From Candidatus Shapirobacteria bacterium (GTDB lineage: Bacteria > Patescibacteriota > Microgenomatia > UBA12405): a DNA stretch of 64,000 bases. The notes under the pieces were generated by a model. That model ran no database searches, had not been told where the DNA came from, and saw nothing but the letters and a program-made list of their open reading frames with translations. This document shows positions 27,711 to 36,317 of this stretch, piece after piece (the first letter of the stretch is position 1; every line of letters begins with the position of its first letter). The stretch lies in NCBI GenBank assembly GCA_041660365.1, contig JBAZWK010000001.1:1524-65523 (forward strand), in the 5' to 3' direction. The translations under genes and the position numbers were made by a program.

Positions 27711-27875
27711 ATGCCAGATACTAATAATAAAGTTATTTGCCCTGATTGCCAAACAGAAATTAAAAGTGAAACGATGAGTGTGGGAGATATTTTAGAGTGT
27801 CCAGAATGCGGTACCGAGGTGGAAATATTATCAATTAATCCCTTGAAATACCGGGAATTGATTGAAGAAAAATAA
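27711..27875 (+). CDS. LysW-like Zn-ribbon small acidic protein (54 aa), absent from the ORF track
   Basis: MPDTNNKVICPDCQTEIKSETMSVGDILECPECGTEVEILSINPLKYRELIEEK*; TAATG overlap with def. Confidence 0.8.
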   Translation: MPDTNNKVICPDCQTEIKSETMSVGDILECPECGTEVEILSINPLKYRELIEEK

Positions 27876-28462
27876 TGGCCACTAGAGAGACAATTCAAAT
27901 TGGAGATTTGCGATTAAAGGCAGAAAATGAGACTGTGGGTGATTTTGCTAATTTAAAAATAAGACAAGTGGTGACTGATTTGGTGGATACGATGCACCAA
28001 GAAGGAAATATTGGTTTAGCAGCCCAACAAATTGGGGAAAATTGGAAAATTTTTGTAACGGAACCAAGAGAAACTAAAGACAGAACGGCAGATCAGGCTG
28101 ATGAATTACGGGTTTATATTAACCCAATAATTACTGAATTTTCTAAAGAGGAAAGCGTTATTTATGAAGGTTGTGGAAGTGTTTTACATGGAACTTTATT
28201 TGGACCGGTTAAGAGACCAAGAGAAATTACTATTGAGGCCTTTGATTTAGAAGGTAAAAGATTTAGATTAATTTGTGATGGAATTTTAGCGAGAGTAATT
28301 CAACATGAATATGACCATTTACAAGGAATTGAATTTGTGGAAAGGATTAGCGATTATAAGAAATTGATGGTGGCGGAATTTTATCGACAAAGAGTAAAAA
28401 ACTCTCCAGAGCAAATTGAGGCATCAAAAATTACTAAGAAAATATACCAATATTTAGGATAG
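27875..28462 (+). CDS. def: Peptide deformylase
   Basis: GLAAQQIG, EGCGS, QHEYDHLQG. Confidence 0.93.
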   Translation: MATRETIQIGDLRLKAENETVGDFANLKIRQVVTDLVDTMHQEGNIGLAAQQIGENWKIFVTEPRETKDRTADQADELRVYINPIITEFSKEESVIYEGCGSVLHGTLFGPVKRPREITIEAFDLEGKRFRLICDGILARVIQHEYDHLQGIEFVERISDYKKLMVAEFYRQRVKNSPEQIEASKITKKIYQYLG

Positions 28463-28996
28463 ATTTAGTCTAAAGACACCTTGGTTCGGAAATTTTTTGT
28501 TGGTAATACTGAACTCGCCGTAGTGGACTCCCCTACCGATAAGTGAAGAATCGACATAAACGACTTTATCTCCCATTTTTTCGATGACAAAGAGAAGGTG
28601 TCGGCCATTTTTTTGTCGAATTAAATCAGCGGTTTGGATGTTGTTGATATCGATTTTTTTAGATAATGGAGCGGAAGTTAGCATATCGGCAGAGGTGCGG
28701 CGAACGTTTAATTTAATATCAAAATAAAAATTCAAAAGATGACAGGCAAGACCAGAGCAATCAATACCAATTTTATTTTTCTTTTGGAAGTTATAAATTT
28801 GTTGAGGGCTTAAATCAACTAATTTTATATTTTGAATATTAGCTAATTCAATTGTTTTTAAGGCAATTTCTTTAGCACTGCCTTTACCAACATCAACAGC
28901 ATTTAGAGAAATTTTTTTGGGACGATTGGTATAGTAGGGAATGCCAATATATTTTAAAATTTCGGAGTGAAGATCTGCTAATTTAGTCCTAACCAT
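28454..28996 (-). CDS. NlpC/P60-like cysteine peptidase, no obvious signal peptide
   Basis: YIGIPY, GIDCSGL and downstream His (GRHLLF); likely start MVRT at 28996. Confidence 0.7.
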   Translation of the reverse strand: MVRTKLADLHSEILKYIGIPYYTNRPKKISLNAVDVGKGSAKEIALKTIELANIQNIKLVDLSPQQIYNFQKKNKIGIDCSGLACHLLNFYFDIKLNVRRTSADMLTSAPLSKKIDINNIQTADLIRQKNGRHLLFVIEKMGDKVVYVDSSLIGRGVHYGEFSITNKKFPNQGVFRLNLS

Positions 28997-30012
28997 AGTC
29001 CAAAAATAGCTAATATAAATGTGGCCAACCAAGCTCTAAAAACAATTTTTGGTTCTTCCCAGCCAAGTTTTTGTAATGTGAGATGAATTGGAGCAGCGGG
29101 AAAAACTTTTTTATGTAAATATATTTTACTAAAAATTTGAATGGCGCTGCTGAGACCTTCGATTATAAAAGGTAAACCGACAATAATTAGTGGAACAATT
29201 TTTCCTAATAGTAGGGCTATAACAGCAAAGGTGGCTCCAAAGGAAAGAGAACCGACGTCACCAAGCCAGAGGCGGGCGGGAAAGACATTAAAGTAAAGAA
29301 AGGCGATTAAAGCGCCGATCCAGAGAGCTAGAAATAAGGAAATTGGAGTGTCTAGAGAAGTGCTGGCGAGAATCCAAAAGGCGAAGAGAGAAATCATTAA
29401 AATACCACAGGACAGGCCGTCTAGACCGTCACTAATGTTAAAAAAATTAGCGAAAGCGACGATAATAGTTGTAGAAATAGGAATGAAAAAAAGTCCTAAG
29501 CTGACAGCACCAATAAAAGGTAGATAGATAAAATTAATGCCGAGTTGAAAATAAATTAGAGAAGAGGTAATCGTAGCTAGAATTATTTGAAGTAATAATT
29601 TGTACTTCATGCGGAGACCGAAAAAACCTGTTTTAGGAAAAGCAAAAAACTTAAGAACATCATCATAAAGGCCAAGGAGACCGAAGCTGATAAAGGTAAA
29701 AAAGATAATGGTAATTTCGTTAATTAAATGGTAGTTACTGGAAATAAAAATTCGCGACATTTTTAGAATGGGAAAAAGAAAGAGAAAAAGTACTGAAACG
29801 GCAACAATAATTAATAATCCTCCACCAACAGGAGTACCACTTTTCTGGGCATGAAATTTGTCAAAAATCGGAGTGTGTTTGTTCTGAAAATCGAGAGTAT
29901 TTTGTTTTTGACGTTGAAATTTAAGTTTGTAAAGTAAATTAATGAATGGCACTACTAAAATACTAGTGGCAATAAAAGAAAAAAGGAGTAGTCCAAGATA
30001 TAAGTGAATCAT
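28978..30012 (-). CDS. mraY: Phospho-N-acetylmuramoyl-peptide transferase
   Basis: K.GTP.GGG, GLYDD, N.SDGLDGL, FNVFPA...GDVGS. Confidence 0.93.
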   Translation of the reverse strand: MIHLYLGLLLFSFIATSILVVPFINLLYKLKFQRQKQNTLDFQNKHTPIFDKFHAQKSGTPVGGGLLIIVAVSVLFLFLFPILKMSRIFISSNYHLINEITIIFFTFISFGLLGLYDDVLKFFAFPKTGFFGLRMKYKLLLQIILATITSSLIYFQLGINFIYLPFIGAVSLGLFFIPISTTIIVAFANFFNISDGLDGLSCGILMISLFAFWILASTSLDTPISLFLALWIGALIAFLYFNVFPARLWLGDVGSLSFGATFAVIALLLGKIVPLIIVGLPFIIEGLSSAIQIFSKIYLHKKVFPAAPIHLTLQKLGWEEPKIVFRAWLATFILAIFGLWLGLN

Positions 30013-31337
30013 GTTTTGATATATTTTATATTAGCACCTAATGAGCAGAGACGGTCAGCAAGTTTTTCGTAACCACGTTCGATATATTCCACATTATCAA
30101 TGGTGCTTTCGCCGGTGGCGGTGAGGGCGGCCAAAGTGATACAAGCACCGGCGCGAAGATCGTTAGCACTGAAATTGGCAGCTTTTAATTTAATTGGGCC
30201 ATAAATTTTGACGGCGTGAAAATACTCAGATTTATCGGTGTCTAAATTAAATTCATAATATGCCTCAGGATTGGCTATTTTTGGGTTGTAAGTTTGAGTT
30301 TTAGCCCCCATTTGGTTCAAGAAAGCTAGGTGTTGAAAACGGGAAGGATAGACTCGTTCAATAACATTACTGACGCCAATGGCTTGAGTTAAAAGAACTG
30401 AAAAAATAGCTTGCCAATCGGTCATAAAACCTGGTTCTGGCCCTGTTTCAATATCGATAGCAGTTAATTGTTTTTGCCAAGAGACAGTGACTTCATCTTT
30501 GCCGGCATCAATTTTAGCGCCCATTTTTTCAATAGTATCTAAAAAAGTCTTAATAATTTGGGAATCAGTTCGTAAAATATTGATGGAACCTTTGGTGGCC
30601 AGGGCGGCACAGGCAAAAGTGATGGCTTCGTTTCTATCAGAGATGACTTGATGACTAGTGCCATGAAGTTTGGTGACACCATTAATAATAATAGTTTTAG
30701 AATTATCTTTCTGGCGGACAATATCGGCACCCATGGTATTTAACATGGCAATTAAATCATCAATTTCCGGTTCTAAAGCAGTGTTTTCAAAAATACTTTG
30801 GCCTGAAGCTAGGACGGCGGTCATAATGACCACTTCAGTAACGGTGTGACTAGGTTTGTTGAAAACATAGTGAGTACCTTTGATTTGTTGAGTAGTAAAA
30901 ATCATTAAATCATCTTTAAATTCAGTATTAATTCCCATAGTGGCAAAACAATCAAAAAGACGATCTAAAGGCCTGGCACCTAAACGGTCACCGCCAGGAG
31001 TGGGAATAGTGGCCTGACCAGTTCTGGCTAAGAGTGGAGCGGCAAAAATAAATGAAGTCCGGGATTTTTCACCGGTACCGTGAGGAACAACTGTGGAGCT
31101 AATTTTAGGAGTTTGAATACTGAGACTGTGTTCCCCGGTTCTAATAATTTTTGAGCCCAAACTTTCAGCGATACTTTCGGTAATTTTGACGTCAGAAATT
31201 TGAGGAATGTTAAAAATGTGAGTGATTTCATCAGAAAGAAGAGAAGCAATTATTTGTTTATAACTGGCATTTTTGGCACCGCGAATGGAAACTTCCCCAT
31301 TAAGAGATTGGCCTCCATTAATAATATATTTAGACAT
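30009..31337 (-). CDS. murA: UDP-N-acetylglucosamine 1-carboxyvinyltransferase (Cys-to-Asp active-site type)
   Basis: GAKNA, PGGDRLGAR, PGFMTDWQ, DLRAGA, IERGYE. Confidence 0.92.
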   Translation of the reverse strand: MSKYIINGGQSLNGEVSIRGAKNASYKQIIASLLSDEITHIFNIPQISDVKITESIAESLGSKIIRTGEHSLSIQTPKISSTVVPHGTGEKSRTSFIFAAPLLARTGQATIPTPGGDRLGARPLDRLFDCFATMGINTEFKDDLMIFTTQQIKGTHYVFNKPSHTVTEVVIMTAVLASGQSIFENTALEPEIDDLIAMLNTMGADIVRQKDNSKTIIINGVTKLHGTSHQVISDRNEAITFACAALATKGSINILRTDSQIIKTFLDTIEKMGAKIDAGKDEVTVSWQKQLTAIDIETGPEPGFMTDWQAIFSVLLTQAIGVSNVIERVYPSRFQHLAFLNQMGAKTQTYNPKIANPEAYYEFNLDTDKSEYFHAVKIYGPIKLKAANFSANDLRAGACITLAALTATGESTIDNVEYIERGYEKLADRLCSLGANIKYIKT

Positions 31338-31343
31338 AGATTA

Positions 31344-32627
31344 TTAAGAGTATAAACTAATAATTTTTTTAAAAAGTTTTTGACCCTCTAGACCGCCGGA
31401 GCTAAAGTGAATTAAAATATTGTCTGATTTAAGGTTGTTTTTATAGTGGTCTAAAACTGATTTTGGTAAAGGTAAATAGCAACTATGGGAAATATTGGTT
31501 AAAAAATCTTTGGCGGAAAGTCGGAAAGAATTTCTAGTGGGGAAATTTAAACGATAAATAACAATTTCGGAACAATTTTTGAAGGCAGTTTTTAATTCTA
31601 AAAGATTTTGAGGATGTTGAATGAAAGAAGCATGAGCTTCAAAAAAAACTTTAATTAAAGATTGGGGATATTTTATTTTGAGAGCGTTTATAGTAGCTTC
31701 AATTCTATTGGCACTTTGAGCAAAATCATCGAAAAAAAGAATTTTTTGATGAGTAGCTAAGAGTTGTAAACGACGTTTAATGCCTTTGAATTGAAGAAAG
31801 GCAGTGGTAATTATTTTAGGTGAAATAGTAAGATTTTGGGCAAGAATTTCGACGGCAGCTAAATTATTTTGGTTGTATTCCCCAATCAAATTATTTTTTA
31901 TTTTAGTGGAGTTGTAGGGAATAACTTTACATTTAGCTGAGGAAAGTAAGGGCAAAATTGAGGGATCATTTTGGTTGTAAATTAAAAGGCCATCAATGGG
32001 AATATTTTTAACTAAGTTTTGAAAGGCAAGAAAATTTTCATTTTCGTTTTGGTAGCTATCTTTGTGTTCCCATTGAGCACTGGTTAAAATTAAATATTTG
32101 ACGGGGTAATAGAGAAATTTAGCCTGAGTGTCGAGACCGTGAATGGATTCGTCGGCTTCGACCACAGACCAATCGGAATTATTAAATTGACAAGATGGTA
32201 ATAAATTTAGACTTTGGCCGCCAAACATGAAATTTGGTTTTAGACCGGCCTTTTTTAATAAAAAAGCAGTGGCAGCGGTAGTAGTAGTTTTGCCGTAAGA
32301 GCCAGCAATTAAAATAGAGTTGCTTTTAATTAAATTTTTAGCAATGTAATTAGTAGCGGAAATATAGGGAATTTTTAGTTTTTTAATTTCAGCAAATTCG
32401 GCTTTTGTTTTGGAAAAAGATTGATAAGAAGAGCCAATAATGGCTAAATCAATATAGGAATTAATTTCAGTTTGGTTAATAGAAATATGGGCTTTTTTTA
32501 ACTGCTGACTAAAAGGTGGGTAGATTTTTTCTTGGTCAGAGCCAGTGATTAGATGGCCTTGTTTTTGCAAAGCCAAAGCCAGCGGGGCAGTCATAGAACC
32601 AGCAATGCCTAAAATATGGATATGCAT
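31344..32627 (-). CDS. Mur ligase, Mpl-like (UDP-MurNAc:peptide ligase)
   Basis: MHIHILGI...GSD...YPPFS, AGSYGKTTT, VEADE, AKFLYY, GIKRR, DDFA resemble Mpl more than MurC. Confidence 0.75.
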   Translation of the reverse strand: MHIHILGIAGSMTAPLALALQKQGHLITGSDQEKIYPPFSQQLKKAHISINQTEINSYIDLAIIGSSYQSFSKTKAEFAEIKKLKIPYISATNYIAKNLIKSNSILIAGSYGKTTTTAATAFLLKKAGLKPNFMFGGQSLNLLPSCQFNNSDWSVVEADESIHGLDTQAKFLYYPVKYLILTSAQWEHKDSYQNENENFLAFQNLVKNIPIDGLLIYNQNDPSILPLLSSAKCKVIPYNSTKIKNNLIGEYNQNNLAAVEILAQNLTISPKIITTAFLQFKGIKRRLQLLATHQKILFFDDFAQSANRIEATINALKIKYPQSLIKVFFEAHASFIQHPQNLLELKTAFKNCSEIVIYRLNFPTRNSFRLSAKDFLTNISHSCYLPLPKSVLDHYKNNLKSDNILIHFSSGGLEGQKLFKKIISLYS

Positions 32628-32698
32628 ATTAATTCAAAATTTCTAAAGTCTAAATTCTAAATAATTAAAAAATATTTTCAATTTTTACTATTAAATTT

Positions 32699-33301
32699 TT
32701 AATTGTAAGAATGCCATTGGCCATTAATAAAATACTCAAAATTGGGGAAATTACGTTTGTAATAACCTAATTTAGTTTCGGGATTAAAACGGCCTAAATA
32801 ACAATATTTTAGTTTTTGGTCGTAAGAATCCTGAATTACTTGAAGGGATAATCTGATCGGTAGATCGTGATGGGCATATTTAGGGTCGTAAAAAACGTAA
32901 GCAATATGGGAAATAGTTGAAGAAAAATAGCATATGGCGTAGGCACATTCCTGATGATTTTCATCAGAGTAAACATATAGACGATTAAAAATATGATCTT
33001 TAAACAGGGTTTTTATAGTGGATGTAGGAATTTCCCATTCTAAAGTTTTTGACCAAGTAAATAATTTCTTTTGAAATTCTGGTGTGTAAGCAGAGAAATC
33101 TTTTAAAGGGATTTGCTTAAAAGAAAAAGTGTTAGTTTTTTTAAAAATACGACGGTTCTCGGAGGAGAGTTGAAAATTACTGAGATCACAGCGGGAAGAA
33201 TAATTCTCGTCGTGATAAAAAGTATCTTTAAGATTACGTTGAGGTAAAAGACCCTGTTGATAATTTTCTTCTATAGATAGATTGTTTTTAATATTAAACA
33301 T
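32699..33301 (-). CDS. ATE1/Bpt-like aminoacyl-tRNA--protein transferase
   Basis: SR..L..F..S...RR..KK and YVFYDP...L...I......KY.YLG......YK..F...E....W; start MFNI at 33301 overlaps the murE stop. Confidence 0.75.
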   Translation of the reverse strand: MFNIKNNLSIEENYQQGLLPQRNLKDTFYHDENYSSRCDLSNFQLSSENRRIFKKTNTFSFKQIPLKDFSAYTPEFQKKLFTWSKTLEWEIPTSTIKTLFKDHIFNRLYVYSDENHQECAYAICYFSSTISHIAYVFYDPKYAHHDLPIRLSLQVIQDSYDQKLKYCYLGRFNPETKLGYYKRNFPNFEYFINGQWHSYN

Positions 33302-34549
33302 TTTGAGTTTTAAGGCGGAAAGCGCTTCTAAAGGCTTCGGCTTCAGACCAAGGATATTCAGTAGAACCGTGAAGAATGGTAGTTTCATGACCCTTGCCAC
33401 AGGCAACAATGGTATCGCCGGGCTTAGCAATTTTAACAGCCAGATTAAAAGCATCTTGACGATTGGGAATATTGAAATAATGAAATAAGTTTGGGTCTTT
33501 AATAACGGAATCGAGAGGATCAAGAAAAAGTGACTTTTTGGGATTAATACCAGAGATTATTTGCTGATTAATGTCTTCAATTTTTTCGTGACGGGTATCA
33601 TCAGCGGTAATAAAGGCAATATTGGCTAATTTGGAAACGACTTTTCCCATGAGTGGGCGTTTACTTTGATCTCTGCCGCCGGTAGCACCAAAGATGACCA
33701 AAAGACGTCCTGGAGTGATTTTTCGAAGTGAATCTAGAGTAACCTTGAGGGCGTTGGGGGTATGAGCAAAATCAATAACAGTTTTTATTTTAGGGTCTAA
33801 AGAGATATTTTCCCGACGGCCTTTGGCTTCGGGAAAATTAAGAATAGTTTCGACAAAAATTCTTGGATCAAGATTTAATTTTGAAAATGCCGAATAACAG
33901 GCTAAAATATTATAAATTTGGTATTCGTAATTACTGTCTGTAGAAAATTGTTGATGATTTATTTTAAAACTTAAAGATTGAGAATCAATCTTAACTTCGG
34001 TAGCGGTGAAATCGGATTTATTTCTAACGCCGTAGTCAATACAGGGAATTGAAATCATGGCTTTTAACTTGGGGTAATAAGGGTCATCATGATTAATGAC
34101 CGCTAAATCTGACTGAGAGAAAATTTTAGCTTTAGTTTGAAGGTAATTGTCAATAGTGTGGTGATAATCGAGGTGTTCGTGAGATAAATTAGTAAAAATA
34201 CCAATTTTAAAATGGCAACCCCAATAACGATATTGGTCTAAAGCATGGGAAGTAACTTCACAGACAACGTGGGTGTAACCTTGTTTTTGATAATCAAATA
34301 AGATTTTTTGGATATCTTTAGGATCGGGACTGGTGGTGTGAAGGCCTTGGGTGCTGAGAGTACTGATAATGCCGCATTTAAGGCACTATTTTCTAACAAT
34401 TTTTGCATTAGAGTACAAGTGGTAGTTTTACCATCAGTACCAGTGACCCCGATTAGAGTTAGTTTATGGCTAGGAAAATGGAAATATAAGTTCCAAAAAA
34501 TACTTTGGGGTAAGTGCCAAAAGAGATTTTTAAAGCGCTGAGTATTCAT
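33294..34549 (-). pseudogene. murE: MurE ligase with a 1-bp frameshift near 34384
   Basis: GVTGTDGKTTT in the 5' ORF; after the shift HTTSPD, EVTSHALDQ, TNLSHEHLDYH, DFAHTP, FGATGGRD, GKGHE; span 1256 nt = 3n-1. Confidence 0.85.
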
Positions 34550-34561
34550 TGATTGCTTTAA

Positions 34562-36151
34562 TTATAACAAAGGCTCTAACTTTTGAGCTAATTCGAACCA
34601 CATTGGCGCGGCGGTAGATGAACCCCAAGGGGAAGAACGTGGATTGTCAATAGTAATAATCATGGTGAATTTAGGATTATCGCAGGGGGAAAAACCGATA
34701 TAGGAACCAATAGTGTTGGAATTGTCGTAAACACCCTGGATTGAGACTTGAGCGGTACCACTTTTGGCACAAACATCCATGTTTTTGGGTCGAAATTGGT
34801 TAACGGGGCTATTTTCGACTGCGTAGCGCAAAATGCCTTTAATTTGGTCAATAGTACTGTTTTTATAAACTGAAGTGCTTTCAATTGGAGAAAGCTTATT
34901 AAGATGAACTTTGACCAGTTGGCCATTATTGGCTATAGAATTGAAAGCTTGAATCATTTGTAATTGGTTGACGGCAATACCTTGGCCAAAAGCGGCGGTG
35001 GCAATATCAATATCGGACCAATAAGTTTTGGGTGGGGAAATAGATTCCCCACTAAGTTCGACGCCAGTTTTTTGATCTAATTTCAAAAGATGAAAATAAT
35101 CCAAAAATTTGTTGATAGTTAATTTGTCCATAACATAGGACATACCAATATTATCGGAATTTTTTATAATATCATCTAAAGTGGAATCGGGGTGAAGAGA
35201 ATTGTCCCAATTACTGATAGTATACTGACCAATCTGTCGGGGGCGGTCACATTTTTGACAAATAAAATTGCGATCTAAATTGCCAGAATCAAGAGCAGCG
35301 GACATAACTAAGGGTTTAAAAATAGAACCTGGTTCAAAAATATTGGCAATATTGGTGGTTTTGGTGGTGGCGGAAGGACTGGCCTCGTATGAAGCCATAG
35401 CCAGAATTTCTCCACTCTGAGGTTTAATAATGATAATTGAAGCAGAATCAGCTTGGTATTTTTCTACACCATCTTTGATAGTATTTTCGGCTAATAGTTG
35501 AATTTGGCGGTTAAGAGAAGTGTGAATATCTTGACCATCAATTTCATTTTTTTGCCAGTTTTTACGGGTTAATAGGTTAGCACCGGTGCCGTCAACTGCG
35601 GAACGGGAAAAACCGACCTGACCGGAAATTTGACGTTGGTAATAACGTTCCAGATTTTGAATAATGTTGATAGCGAGGCTTTGTTCTGGATATAATCGGG
35701 CCTGCTTTTCAGTAAAATCAATACCAGGGATATTTTGAAGATTTTGCATTTGGCTACGATTAAATCTGGTAATGAAGTCTAACCATTTTTGATTCGGATT
35801 ATTAAATTTTTCTAAAAGGATGGCATTTTCAGAGGTAAATTTGGCTTCAGTGGAGCTGATTTCGGCAATAATCTCTGGAAGAGATTTTTGAAAATTTGGT
35901 TTATAAAGGGAAAGGTTATAGTAGGTATAACTTAGACTTAAAGGAAAGTTATCAGAACTAAGAATATTGCCCTGTTTTGGGAAAATAGTATTAAGTTTAT
36001 AGATCTGAGAAGTAGCTTGATCTCGAAGTTCTTGGCCTTTAAGGATTTGCCAATAAAAAAGGCGACCTAAAATTAAAATAAAACAAAGATAAATAGTTAA
36101 AAGAATAATTTTAGAACGTTTGTTTTCCATTGATGGCGTATTTGTTAGCAA
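34562..36151 (-). CDS. ftsI: Class B penicillin-binding protein (FtsI/PBP2-like)
   Basis: EPGSIFK (SxxK), SDN, KSGT; position after ftsL/rsmH. Confidence 0.88.
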   Translation of the reverse strand: MLTNTPSMENKRSKIILLTIYLCFILILGRLFYWQILKGQELRDQATSQIYKLNTIFPKQGNILSSDNFPLSLSYTYYNLSLYKPNFQKSLPEIIAEISSTEAKFTSENAILLEKFNNPNQKWLDFITRFNRSQMQNLQNIPGIDFTEKQARLYPEQSLAINIIQNLERYYQRQISGQVGFSRSAVDGTGANLLTRKNWQKNEIDGQDIHTSLNRQIQLLAENTIKDGVEKYQADSASIIIIKPQSGEILAMASYEASPSATTKTTNIANIFEPGSIFKPLVMSAALDSGNLDRNFICQKCDRPRQIGQYTISNWDNSLHPDSTLDDIIKNSDNIGMSYVMDKLTINKFLDYFHLLKLDQKTGVELSGESISPPKTYWSDIDIATAAFGQGIAVNQLQMIQAFNSIANNGQLVKVHLNKLSPIESTSVYKNSTIDQIKGILRYAVENSPVNQFRPKNMDVCAKSGTAQVSIQGVYDNSNTIGSYIGFSPCDNPKFTMIITIDNPRSSPWGSSTAAPMWFELAQKLEPLL

Positions 36152-36317
36152 ATTCTATTTGAAGATTTTCGTTTTGTTGTTTTATTTCAGAATATTTTTT
36201 TTCTAGCTCAGAATATCTTTGGTTTTCGGTAACCATTTGACTGGAATAATAAACAGAAAAAAGGATTTGAAAAAAAACCAAACCGAGAGTGATAGCCAGT
36301 AAGAGTCGGTTAAGCAT
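36111..36317 (-). CDS. FtsL-like small TM/coiled-coil protein
   Basis: TM plus coiled coil between rsmH and ftsI. Confidence 0.6.
   Translation of the reverse strand: MLNRLLLAITLGLVFFQILFSVYYSSQMVTENQRYSELEKKYSEIKQQNENLQIEFANKYAINGKQTF

Noticed and set aside
33302-33523. N-terminal 74 aa of ORF 32699..33523
   Set aside because: Out-of-frame overlap with the murE 3' end; family similarity starts at MFNI.
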